A stretch of DNA of 64,000 nt, from the IMG/VR virus record IMGVR_UViG_3300021400_000318, one strand, 5' to 3'. The stretch is from an uncultured virus (IMG/VR IMGVR_UViG_3300021400_000318). Taxonomy: Duplodnaviria; Heunggongvirae; Uroviricota; Caudoviricetes. Every line of letters starts with the position of its first letter. Position 1 is the first letter of the stretch. The notes beneath the pieces were generated by a model that worked only from the letters and a program-made list of their open reading frames with translations, was not told where the DNA came from and ran no database searches. Positions 38,076 to 47,276 of this stretch are shown here, one piece after another. The translations under genes and the position numbers were made by a program.

Positions 38076-39586
38076 ACGTAGAGGAAAAGGGAAGAAGCAG
38101 AATGCAGGCATGGAGAAACGACTGGCCACTGTTTGCCAAAGAAGTGCTCCATGCTCGACTTGACGATGAGCAGATAGCGATACTGCGTGCCGTCCAGACT
38201 GAGAGGATGGTTGCTGTCGCTTCTGGAACGGCAAGAGGCAAGGACTATATCGCTGCCGTTGCCGCCATCTGTTTCATGTACCTTACCCCACGTTTCGACA
38301 AAGAAGGAAACCTCGTAAAGAACACGAAGATTGCCATGACAGCACCTACAGGCCGACAGGTGAAGGATATTATGATACCAGAGGTGTCACGTCTTTTCAA
38401 GAAGGCAGGCATCCTCCCTGGCGTTCTGTTATCTAACGGCATCCGCACCACCTATCAAGAATGGTATTTGACTGGCTTCAAATCGTCAGCAGACAACACC
38501 GAGGCTTGGTCTGGATTCCATGCTGTGAACACGATGTTCATAGTCACTGAGGCATCTGGTATTCCAGAGGCCACGTATAATGCCATCGAAGGTAACTTGC
38601 AAGGTAATTCTCGCCTGCTATTAGTATTCAACCCAAACGTAACAACAGGCTATGCAGCGAAAGCCATGAAGTCACCACGTTTTAAGAAGTTCCGTCTAAA
38701 CAGCCTCAACGCAGAGAACGTGGTAAAGAAGAAGAATATCATTCCCGGACAGGTGGACTACGAATGGGTAAAGGATAAGGTGGAGAACTGGGCAACGCCA
38801 ATCCGTCAAGATGAGTTTGATGAAGGCATGGGCGACTTCCGTTGGGAAGGTGCTTTCTACCGTCCTAACGACCTGTTCCGTGTCAAGGTGCTTGGCATGT
38901 TTCCGAAAGTGTCTGAGGATATCCTTATCCCTTACGAATGGGTGGAACTGGCCATCAAGCGTTGGCATAAGTTGAAGGAGGAAGGATTTACCACCAAGAA
39001 ACACGCACGCGTCGGTGTCGATGTCGCAGGCATGGGTAGAGACTGTAGCGTTCTGTTGCCTCGTTACGGATCATGGGTTCCGAAAATCGAGGTTCATCAG
39101 TCTGGAGGAAATGCCGACCACATGAAGATAGCAGGAAAGACTGTCATCTATCTGCAAGATGAGAAAGCCAAGGCGTTCATTGACACCATCGGTGAGGGCG
39201 CAGGTGTATATTCCCGACTGCAGGAGTTGGAGTATTATAACTCATATTCCTGCAAGAACTCGGAAGGAGCGAGAGGCCTGCATGACATCACAGAGCAGTA
39301 CACGTTCGCCAACATGAGGGCGTATCTCTTCTGGTGTGTTAGGGACTGGTTGAATCCGAAGAATGGCTTTGCACCCGCACTGCCTCCAGATGACCTGTTA
39401 GTTGAAGAGGCTACAGATATCCACTGGTCATTCCTCAGCAACGGCTCGATAATCATTGAGAAGAAGGATGAAATCAAGAAGCGTCTGAAACGCTCTCCAG
39501 ACCGCTTTGATGCTCTGGCCATGACATTTTATCCACATGATTATGACTACGCAAATGATGAAAAGTTGCTAAATAATTTGCTGTAA
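38072..39586 (+). CDS. terL: terminase large subunit
   Basis: SGTARGKD, TAPTGRQ, EASG, NPN, GVDVAGMG.D, SPDRFDAL. Confidence 0.92.
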   Translation: MNVEEKGRSRMQAWRNDWPLFAKEVLHARLDDEQIAILRAVQTERMVAVASGTARGKDYIAAVAAICFMYLTPRFDKEGNLVKNTKIAMTAPTGRQVKDIMIPEVSRLFKKAGILPGVLLSNGIRTTYQEWYLTGFKSSADNTEAWSGFHAVNTMFIVTEASGIPEATYNAIEGNLQGNSRLLLVFNPNVTTGYAAKAMKSPRFKKFRLNSLNAENVVKKKNIIPGQVDYEWVKDKVENWATPIRQDEFDEGMGDFRWEGAFYRPNDLFRVKVLGMFPKVSEDILIPYEWVELAIKRWHKLKEEGFTTKKHARVGVDVAGMGRDCSVLLPRYGSWVPKIEVHQSGGNADHMKIAGKTVIYLQDEKAKAFIDTIGEGAGVYSRLQELEYYNSYSCKNSEGARGLHDITEQYTFANMRAYLFWCVRDWLNPKNGFAPALPPDDLLVEEATDIHWSFLSNGSIIIEKKDEIKKRLKRSPDRFDALAMTFYPHDYDYANDEKLLNNLL

Positions 39587-39623
39587 TTAAGTAAGATTAA
39601 AAAAGTTTTGTAACTTTGCAACC

Positions 39624-39691
39624 GAAATCGTTTCTTTTGACGATTTCATTGCTCTTAGTGCTTCGGTTCGTGACGAATAGGAGCACTTTTT
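39624..39691 (+). ncRNA. putative small RNA antisense to the AGAGCAATG translation-start motif
   Basis: taactttg -7 box at 39611-39618; hairpin gaaatcgt/acgatttc; unpaired attgctctt; terminator agtgcttc...ggagcact-tttt; complementary to at least 18 gene starts. Confidence 0.75.
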
Positions 39692-39709
39692 CTGTTAATA
39701 AGCGTTATT

Positions 39710-39940
39710 GGCCACTGGATGCAATCAATCGTTAAGCAACCGTTAAAACTCCGTTAGCATTAACTAATCTTGACAAAGGGAAAGTCAAGTTAAGTTAATG
39801 ATTTGTTAAATCCTTCTCCTAAAGTTCTATAAAAGTTCCAAAAACGGCCACCCTTATACTTATCCATCCGCATGGAATTAAGGCCACTATGAGGATTTTG
39901 CCCAAAACGGTTGAAATGTGCAAAAAGTTATCTGTTAATC
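39710..39940 (+). repeat. dispersed intergenic repeat A, copy 3
   Basis: 25 bp identical (39813-39837) to 51917-51941; cccttatacttatcc; gaggattttgcccaaaa. Confidence 0.85.
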
Positions 39941-39971
39941 TTCTGTAATGTATTGATAATTAAAAGTTTAA

Positions 39972-40006
39972 TCGTTTTGACATTCAGAAAATAATGTGTA
40001 ACTTTG
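39972..40006 (+). promoter_or_regulatory. class I promoter
   Basis: tcgttttgacattcagaaa...taactttg; 41 bp (39998-40038) identical to 52123-52163. Confidence 0.8.
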
Positions 40007-40047
40007 CCAGAGCAAACAGCAATAAAATAACTTAAAAGTAAAGAGCA

Positions 40048-40290
40048 ATGGAAACGTCAAGAATTAGTTTGAATCAGATTGAGGTTGACACAGCAACCTA
40101 TCGTTGGAACCTCGGTAGAGCACCCAAAGGAAAAGGCCAGTGGTATTTCGCCATCGGTAACAGGAGAGAAGCAATGGATGACATCACGAAAGCGTTTGCC
40201 ACAGGGTATATGTCTTACACGGATGCCGTCAAGGTTGCTAAGAGAGAAGCCCAAAAGAAGGGCGTTACTACCATCTACGTCTTACCGTAA
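40048..40290 (+). CDS. hypothetical early protein
   Basis: AGAGCAATG start; GRAPKGKGQWYF. Confidence 0.65.
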   Translation: METSRISLNQIEVDTATYRWNLGRAPKGKGQWYFAIGNRREAMDDITKAFATGYMSYTDAVKVAKREAQKKGVTTIYVLP

Positions 40291-40496
40291 TGCAGAAAGA
40301 TATGGAAAAATGGTATGAAGTCAAGCAGGCAGGCGTGGTCCCTTGCATGGTCAACCCAGAGGAACTGAAGAAGGATCACGGATGGATGATAGCCCACTGT
40401 TTCAAAGGTAGGCTGATATTCGAGAACTACAGCAGGGCGATGCTCTGTTGGTATGAGAGAAAGGATAATAAGAACTGGCCACTGCCAGAAAACTAA
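40290..40496 (+). CDS. hypothetical protein
   Basis: TAATG coupling. Confidence 0.5.
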   Translation: MQKDMEKWYEVKQAGVVPCMVNPEELKKDHGWMIAHCFKGRLIFENYSRAMLCWYERKDNKNWPLPEN

Positions 40497-40508
40497 AGAA
40501 TAAGAGCA

Positions 40509-40751
40509 ATGAAACTGATAGGAACGTATAAGATACCAGAGTATGCCATCTGTGCCATAGAATATGGTGACAACACCTGCATGACGGCAGAGGATGACAA
40601 GCTGATGAAAGATTTCCTCGAAAGAGAGTTTCCGAATGGATATGTGGTTGACTGGCATACGAACGATCCGCAAGGTGAGCCGTATTTCTCCAGTAACCCT
40701 GCCTTCGGGCTACCAACGACTGTAGTGGATGCAGATTTTTATGAACCCTAA
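40509..40751 (+). CDS. hypothetical early protein
   Basis: AGAGCAATG start; IPEYAICAIEYGD, PYFSSNPAFGL. Confidence 0.65.
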   Translation: MKLIGTYKIPEYAICAIEYGDNTCMTAEDDKLMKDFLEREFPNGYVVDWHTNDPQGEPYFSSNPAFGLPTTVVDADFYEP

Positions 40752-40764
40752 AAGTATAAGAGCA

Positions 40765-41775
40765 ATGAAATCAGAATTAGTAGTAGAGAAGTTTGCTGAC
40801 TTGATAATAGAGCGGATGGAACAGATGAAAGAAACGAAATGGGAGAAAGGTTGGATTGGTACCACGTTTGGAGAAATGCCGATGAACATCAGAGGCAGGG
40901 AGTATAACGGAACGAACGCGTTCCTGCTTTTCCTTCTTGCAAGCATGAAGGACTGGAAGTACCCCCTGTTTGCAACCTTCCACCAGATTAAGGAACTTGG
41001 AGGAAGTATCAACAAGGGGGCAGAATCGTTCCCTGTACTCTACTGGAAGATTGTGTATAAGACAAAGGATGGTGAGAAGATTGATAGTCTCGATGGACTT
41101 TCCAGAGAAGAGAGAAAAGCCTGTACGTACTATCCTGTGTTGAGGTCGTATAACGTATTCAACATCAGTCAGACCAACTTGGAGGAAGTTGCACCGAAGG
41201 TCATAGAGAAGCTGAAGGCCAAGTTCCATATTGAAGAGCCTCCGAAGGACACTCTTGGAATGTATGAGAATGCAGACATTGACGATATGCTGACGTACCA
41301 GAAGTGGCTTTGTCCCATTCACTACCAGAATCCGTCAAATGAAGCCTACTACCGTCCAAGTAAGGATGAGATAGTAGTGCCTATGAAAACGCAGTTCTAC
41401 GATGGCACAAGCGAAGAGAAGAAGTATATCAGCGGAATGCGGTTCTATGATGTCCTTCTGCACGAAATGGCTCACTCAACAGGTCATGACAGCCGTCTGG
41501 CCAGAGGCAAGGGCAATCCTTTTGGCTCTAAGGAGTATGCCAAGGAGGAACTGGTTGCAGAACTCACCGCAGCCATCATCGGCCAGACACTCGGCTTTGA
41601 CCCTAAGATTATGGATAACAACGCATGTTATCTGGATTCGTGGATAAAGACCATGAAGAAAGAACCAAAGTTTATCGTCTCTGTCCTGGCTGATGTCAAC
41701 AAGGCAGCTCAGATGATTCTTGAAGTAGTGAATAATGAACATAAAGTATTAGTAGAAACGGAGGAAGAATCATGA
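40765..41775 (+). CDS. ardC: ArdC-like antirestriction protein (ssDNA-binding + zincin-like domain)
   Basis: W.KGW, Y.G.N, TFHQ....GG...KG, Y.VFN..QT, AYY.P..D.I..P, LHEMAHSTGH, YAKEELVAEL. Confidence 0.85.
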   Translation: MKSELVVEKFADLIIERMEQMKETKWEKGWIGTTFGEMPMNIRGREYNGTNAFLLFLLASMKDWKYPLFATFHQIKELGGSINKGAESFPVLYWKIVYKTKDGEKIDSLDGLSREERKACTYYPVLRSYNVFNISQTNLEEVAPKVIEKLKAKFHIEEPPKDTLGMYENADIDDMLTYQKWLCPIHYQNPSNEAYYRPSKDEIVVPMKTQFYDGTSEEKKYISGMRFYDVLLHEMAHSTGHDSRLARGKGNPFGSKEYAKEELVAELTAAIIGQTLGFDPKIMDNNACYLDSWIKTMKKEPKFIVSVLADVNKAAQMILEVVNNEHKVLVETEEES

Positions 41776-41963
41776 AGTATCAAGTAAAGATAATAGAAAC
41801 CCTCTCTCGCATTGTCGAGGTGGATGCTCAGAATAGCGATGAGGCTTGGGATAAGGTGAAGGCACAATATGATAACGAAGAGATTGTTCTGGGCTCAGAA
41901 GATTTCGATGGATATGAGATATATGGTCTTGGGAAGGTCAAGGATGGAAACGAAAACCAGTAA
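41772..41963 (+). CDS. DpnD/PcfM-like small protein
   Basis: Y.V.I.ETL.R.VEV.A...EA...V...Y..EEIVL..EDF. Confidence 0.75.
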   Translation: MKYQVKIIETLSRIVEVDAQNSDEAWDKVKAQYDNEEIVLGSEDFDGYEIYGLGKVKDGNENQ

Positions 41964-42183
41964 GGCTATAGGATTGTTCAAGGATGGCAGGTTGCGGGAT
42001 GCGCTTGCCATCTTCAAAACCTTCAAGATTGGCTTCACGAAGGATGAGCGCAGGACCATCCAGATAGCCAGTGAGACACTGAATGGATCTGGCCAGTTCT
42101 ACCAGAGACTTGGCATTGATACCGCTCTGGAGGTGCAAAAGTCAATAACTGTTATCAAGCAGAAGTACATGAAAGTCCTATAG
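41944..42183 (+). CDS. hypothetical protein
   Basis: KTSKA...AL.IF..F.IGF..FYQ.LGID. Confidence 0.6.
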   Translation: METKTSKAIGLFKDGRLRDALAIFKTFKIGFTKDERRTIQIASETLNGSGQFYQRLGIDTALEVQKSITVIKQKYMKVL

Positions 42184-42220
42184 TTAATCTTAGTTTATGT
42201 GCCGAAAATCTCTGGAAGCA

Positions 42221-42255
42221 TCGTTTTGATATTCAGAAATAATTGGTTAACTTTG
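42221..42255 (+). promoter_or_regulatory. class I promoter
   Basis: tcgttttgatattcagaaa...taactttg. Confidence 0.8.
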
Positions 42256-42284
42256 CCTGTGCAAACCTATAAAATTAAAGAGCA

Positions 42285-42524
42285 ATGAAAGATAGAAGTC
42301 AAAAGGCGAAGTTCGCTAACAGAATCGCAAGATTCGACAGAAACACCCAACAGGTTGTGGTTGAGTTCAAAGATGGAAGTAGCATGGTAGTAGAAAAGAA
42401 GGATGGTGAATACATTTTCTGTAATGAAGGAAAGTGCATCACAGGCTTCGACAACATCATGCATGCCGCTGAGAAAATGATAGATGATAAGTTAGTATCA
42501 GATATCTACATTGACAGTTTGTAA
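42285..42524 (+). CDS. hypothetical early protein
   Basis: AGAGCAATG start. Confidence 0.6.
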   Translation: MKDRSQKAKFANRIARFDRNTQQVVVEFKDGSSMVVEKKDGEYIFCNEGKCITGFDNIMHAAEKMIDDKLVSDIYIDSL

Positions 42525-42541
42525 CTTAAAAGTAAAGAGCA

Positions 42542-42748
42542 ATGAAATTAGTCGAAATCAAGTTCAAGAAGTTTGGAAAGGAGTACACCAAGAAAGGTGC
42601 TTACATCTATTCCGTCAAGAAGAATGGTCAGCGTTACGCTCATCCTGCATGGTACGAGGCAAGAGGAAACGAGCAGACGCAGGAAGATGTTCTGACCCGC
42701 CTCCAGACGTTGAATCCAAATTCACGTTTTGAGATAGCAGAAAGATAG
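42542..42748 (+). CDS. hypothetical early protein
   Basis: AGAGCAATG start. Confidence 0.6.
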   Translation: MKLVEIKFKKFGKEYTKKGAYIYSVKKNGQRYAHPAWYEARGNEQTQEDVLTRLQTLNPNSRFEIAER

Positions 42749-42771
42749 TTAAACCCCTAAAAGATAGAGCA

Positions 42772-43128
42772 ATGAAATTAGTTACGAAAGAAGTAGAGAA
42801 ACGATTGCAGAAATATCCGCTCTACAGCCAAGACGGCAAGAAGAAGGAAGCAATCTGCGTAGTGAAGTTCTTTATGTGTGGTGTCAACTACACGTGGTAC
42901 GTTCTGGAAGCCGATTTGGAGAATAAGATTCTCTATGGCATCACCATCAACAGCCACGGTGAAGCTGAATACGGCTACACCAGTCTGTCTGAACTTGAAA
43001 CAGTCAAGAACAGTTGGGGGCTTGGAGTGGAGCGAGACCTGTACTTCGAGCCAACGAAGTTGTCAGACATTGACGATGACATCTTGAAGAAGTTCTTGGA
43101 TAACCTTTATTCGGAGGATGCAGCATGA
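42772..43128 (+). CDS. DUF2958-like protein
   Basis: PLYSQD...VKFF...TWYV.E...EYGY.SL.EL...VERDLYF.P. Confidence 0.8.
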   Translation: MKLVTKEVEKRLQKYPLYSQDGKKKEAICVVKFFMCGVNYTWYVLEADLENKILYGITINSHGEAEYGYTSLSELETVKNSWGLGVERDLYFEPTKLSDIDDDILKKFLDNLYSEDAA

Positions 43129-43273
43129 GTAAGATGAAAGATTGTTGCGAGAGTTGCAGGCATTGGAAGAACATGGGCCTCCATTACTATGAATGTACTA
43201 ACAGGTGGAGCCAGAACTATGGCAGAAGCATGAGTAGAGGACAGTCTTGTAACCAGTTTGAAGAGGATTGACT

Positions 43274-43558
43274 ATGGGAAAGAAGTCTGACGAAGGAACG
43301 ATGTTCACCCCTGCATATCTCTACGATAAGGATGGAAAGGAAATAGGAGTGACGAACTACGACAACAAGTCGATTGCCTATGCCATGGCCAACTATCAGT
43401 TGGTAGAATCGGCACAGACATACGATCAGATGTTTGGCAAGGTAACTGTTGAGCGGAAAAGTTTCTCTGCATCAGCACTTGAAAAGGTCAAGGATAAGAG
43501 AAAGTACGGTGAGTGCCTGCTGTTTTGGGTAGGTGCTCCCTTGATTGTTAACAAGTAA
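43274..43558 (+). CDS. hypothetical protein
   Basis: ORF in early island 2. Confidence 0.5.
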   Translation: MGKKSDEGTMFTPAYLYDKDGKEIGVTNYDNKSIAYAMANYQLVESAQTYDQMFGKVTVERKSFSASALEKVKDKRKYGECLLFWVGAPLIVNK

Positions 43559-43833
43559 TCAGAATAAGTTATGAAACAGGTATATGTATTATCGTACAAC
43601 GCAGGTGTATTAGGAGTGTTCTGGTCAAAGGCCAAGGCACTGGCAGAGAAGAGAGACTATATAGATAACGACTACAAGGGTGTTAAGGTTGAAGAATTTT
43701 ATGTTTACTAAGATTATGGCGATGAAATACAAGATAGAGAACGGAAAGCACTTGCAGGCTATTCGTAGTCCTTATGATGGACGTGTAACTGGTTGGATAG
43801 ACATTACCGACAAAAACAATAAGAAATAAGATT

Positions 43834-44211
43834 ATGGCACAGGAAGTAAATATCAGTCAGTCGAACATCAAGATAGAACTGACACATATGATGAAGCAGT
43901 ACTACGATTTTAAGGAGAAGTATCCAGAGGCATTGTTACTCTTCAGATGCGGTGATTTCTACGAAACCTACGAGGAAGATGCTGTAGAAAGTGCAAAGAT
44001 ACTCGGTATCACTCTCACCAAGCGGACTTCTGACAAGACGAAGATGGCAGGATTCCCTCATCACGCCCTCGACACCTATCTGCCGAAACTGATAAGAGCC
44101 GGCAAGAGGGTTGCCATCGTTGACCAGTTGGAAGACCCCAGACTTACCAAGAAGTTAGTGAAAAGAGGAATAACAGAATTAGTAACACCAAATAAAAACA
44201 AAGAGCAATGA
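43834..44211 (+). CDS. stand-alone MutS domain I (mismatch-recognition) protein
   Basis: MMKQY...[21 protein letters not shown]...A.ILGITLT...MAGFP.HALD.YL.KL..G..VAI.DQ. Confidence 0.9.
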   Translation: MAQEVNISQSNIKIELTHMMKQYYDFKEKYPEALLLFRCGDFYETYEEDAVESAKILGITLTKRTSDKTKMAGFPHHALDTYLPKLIRAGKRVAIVDQLEDPRLTKKLVKRGITELVTPNKNKEQ

Positions 44212-44849
44212 ACACGTATTCAAAGTATTGTCCTAATGTCTTCGTGGCAAAATGCGAAGAGAGGCATGAGAAAGGCGAAACGATTTTAGTAACTACAAAG
44301 TACGGTAAGGAGAATGAGCACATCGTGCATAATCTGGTAATGGAGCGTGGCGGTTTCTTCTACTACTCCATCACCAGAGCGGATGGTTTCAACTGCCAGG
44401 AACGTGCGAAACGGAAAGCCGAAAAGTACGAGCAAGCAGCCATCAATGCAGATAGGCGCAGCAAAGAGTTTTTCCAGAAGTCAGAGAAACACGCTGATTT
44501 CCTCTCTCTTGGAGAGCCTATCAAAGTAGGGCATCATTCAGAGCGCAGACATCGAAAGATGATTGAAGACGCATGGAACAACACAGAAAAGATGGTCGCT
44601 GAAATGGATAAAGCAGAATCATATCGTGATAAAGCCGATGCATGGGAGCGACATTCCGAAGACATCAATCTTTCAATGCCAGAGAGTATCGAGTATTACC
44701 GTGACCGACTGGAAAAGGCTACAGCCTACCATCAAGCAATGAAAGATGGCAAGATTGAACGCAGTCATTCCTACTCTCTGACCTATGCAAAGAAAGCGGT
44801 CAATGAGGCCCAGAAAAACTACGATATAGCAACCAAGTTGTGGGGCTAA
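44208..44849 (+). CDS. DUF3560-like protein
   Basis: [15 protein letters not shown] motif; AGAGCAATG start. Confidence 0.8.
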   Translation: MNTYSKYCPNVFVAKCEERHEKGETILVTTKYGKENEHIVHNLVMERGGFFYYSITRADGFNCQERAKRKAEKYEQAAINADRRSKEFFQKSEKHADFLSLGEPIKVGHHSERRHRKMIEDAWNNTEKMVAEMDKAESYRDKADAWERHSEDINLSMPESIEYYRDRLEKATAYHQAMKDGKIERSHSYSLTYAKKAVNEAQKNYDIATKLWG

Positions 44850-45205
44850 AGAATTAGGATGAATCCGTTGGCGGTACACACCTGTTTCAAGGTACAGGGC
44901 ATCCACAAGCGCAAAGAGAGTTATCCGTATTTTCGGAGGCGAAGTCCCTTTGAAGTTGCACTCTCGAAACATTAGAAACAGACAAAAACAGGAGCTTGAA
45001 AGCGGACGCAAGAAGTCGAGCCAACAAAGAGACATGAAAACTGTGTTGGGGCTTTTAGAACTGTGCAGGAACAGTCCGAATATGTCACGCGAAAAGGTTT
45101 TGACAGGTTAAGTGACACCCAAAGACCACGTTACGGAGTACATGGCAAGGCAAGTGGAAAGGAAGCACCTCTACCTTCGCCCTTTCCAGAAAAAGAACAG
45201 ATAAT

Positions 45206-45409
45206 ATGGCACAGTCAAACGAAACGAAATGTCACCACACCAGAATGGATGGCCGTAAGGTTATCTGGGAGTACATGGGAATCACCATGCTTGAACCATC
45301 CAAGAAAGCAGGTAAAGACCCCTGCAAGAATTGTTGGGCGAAGGATCTGTGTGACAAGGATGAGTGTGGCCGCAATTTATATCCATTATTCGTAAACAAA
45401 GTGAAATGA
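45206..45409 (+). CDS. Cys-rich hypothetical protein
   Basis: CKNC...C...C. Confidence 0.45.
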   Translation: MAQSNETKCHHTRMDGRKVIWEYMGITMLEPSKKAGKDPCKNCWAKDLCDKDECGRNLYPLFVNKVK

Positions 45410-45709
45410 GAAATAGAGTAAAGACAAGAACGGAATCATGGCTGATTCAGCAGATGTGGAACTGCCGTCAAGAAGCCAACCTGTACCAGACGGAGAGATT
45501 CAAGAACAATCCGTCTCGCTTTCTTGCTGCATCCTACATGCAGCGAAGCCAAGAGAACTACAGCGTACAATTAAGGCTCTACAGAGGATTTTTAGCCTCT
45601 CACCCTAACAACTACCCACGCTCAGAAAAATAACGTCTCAAAACGTTTTATTTTGGCTCATCTTTTAGGTTGGATAGTGGGAATTTGAGAAATTCAAATA
45701 ATTTTGGTT

Positions 45710-45747
45710 AAAAGTATTTGTTTTTCAAATAATTCTCACTATCTTTG
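45710..45747 (+). promoter_or_regulatory. class II promoter (portal operon)
   Basis: aaaagtatttgtttttcaaat...tatctttg. Confidence 0.75.
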
Positions 45748-45775
45748 CGACTGTAATTACAAAAATCTTTAAAAG

Positions 45776-47230
45776 ATGGGCGATATATCGAAAGTTATAG
45801 ATTTCAAGAGCGGTGACAGGAACGCCATTGTTAACGCCTTGAAGCGGAAGTCTGTTAAGGTTGCAGACTGGGATGAATCAGTTAAGGACTATGAGCCTAC
45901 CCTGCACAAAATTGTAAAGGACACTGAAGTGCTGAAGGATAAGATTCGTTCTGACGGTACTGTTGAGAAGTCAGCCAGAATCTATGTTGGTCTGGAGAAG
46001 CTGTTATGTAAGCGTCTCTCCGAGTTTACCTTTGCCATTCCAGTAAAGCGAATTTACTCAAACACCAACAACGAGGATGGCAAGCCGAATAATGTTAGAC
46101 AGGCCATCACAAAGGCTATTGAAGCAATCTATAAGAACGTCCGTATTGATTCCGTCAACTTGAAACGTGCTCTGAAATACTATGCAGCCTGCGAGATTTT
46201 TACTGTATGGTATGCCGTCAAGAAGAAGAATACCCTGTATGGCTTTGATTCTAACTACAAGTTGAAGTGTAAGACTTACTCTCCGATGGACGGAGTTAAG
46301 TTATACCCTCTCATTGATGAGTTGGATGATATGCTCGCTATGTCCTTCGAGTACCATAAGAAGGACGTAAATGGCGAAGATGTGCTGTTCTTTGAGACCT
46401 ATACTGAAAATCGCCATTACATCTGGAAGCAGAACCTCTCTGGAGGCGGTTGGGATGAAGTACTGACCGAGGTAGGCGAAGAGGGAGAACAGTCTGGCGA
46501 AGAGATTATCCTTATGAAGATTCCTGGTGTTTACGGCTACCGTAATGTTCCTGTCTATTACGGACTGACCAATCTCAGAGAGGAAATCGAATACACCCTG
46601 TCTCGTAACTCGAATGTTATTGCCTACAACTCCGCACCTGTACTCAAAATCTCTGGAGGCATCAAGGGTAGTGAGGATAAGGGTGAGAGCCGAAGGATAT
46701 TCCGCACAGAGAACGGTGGTGATGTTGCCTACGTATCATGGCAGCAGGCCATCGAGGCATTGAAGTATCATGTTGACACCATGCTTAAACTCTACTGGAT
46801 GCAGGCTCAGATGCCAGATATTTCCTTCGACAACTTGAAGAGCCTTGGCAATATCGGATTTGATGCTCGCCAGACCCTTCTCACCGATGCCCACTTGAAG
46901 GTCGGTGATGAGGCAGGCGCATGGATAGAGTTCTTGGAACGTGAATGTAATGTCGTTAAGGCGTTCTTGAAAAAGATATGTCCGAAGGAATGGGTTAATG
47001 AGATTGATAATGTTGACGTTGAACATGTCCTCACTCCATTTATCCAGAACGATGAACTGGCAGAGATTAACAAGCGCATGAAGGCTAATGGTGGCAAAGC
47101 CATCGAGAGCCAGTTGGAATCCATTCAGCGTTATGGCAAGTCTGATGACGCAAATGCCACCTTGGGACAGATACAGGCAGAAGAGAAGGTTGCCACCGAG
47201 AATCGGGCAAACGCTTTCAACCTTGGATAG
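45776..47230 (+). CDS. portal protein (SPP1 gp6-like)
   Basis: 484 aa, after terL and before the head genes; EY..SRNS...AY..AP, PDISF. Confidence 0.8.
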   Translation: MGDISKVIDFKSGDRNAIVNALKRKSVKVADWDESVKDYEPTLHKIVKDTEVLKDKIRSDGTVEKSARIYVGLEKLLCKRLSEFTFAIPVKRIYSNTNNEDGKPNNVRQAITKAIEAIYKNVRIDSVNLKRALKYYAACEIFTVWYAVKKKNTLYGFDSNYKLKCKTYSPMDGVKLYPLIDELDDMLAMSFEYHKKDVNGEDVLFFETYTENRHYIWKQNLSGGGWDEVLTEVGEEGEQSGEEIILMKIPGVYGYRNVPVYYGLTNLREEIEYTLSRNSNVIAYNSAPVLKISGGIKGSEDKGESRRIFRTENGGDVAYVSWQQAIEALKYHVDTMLKLYWMQAQMPDISFDNLKSLGNIGFDARQTLLTDAHLKVGDEAGAWIEFLERECNVVKAFLKKICPKEWVNEIDNVDVEHVLTPFIQNDELAEINKRMKANGGKAIESQLESIQRYGKSDDANATLGQIQAEEKVATENRANAFNLG

Positions 47231-47276
47231 CAAGTAATGTAAGAGCAATGATATTGTTAAATTAAAACGATTGATT

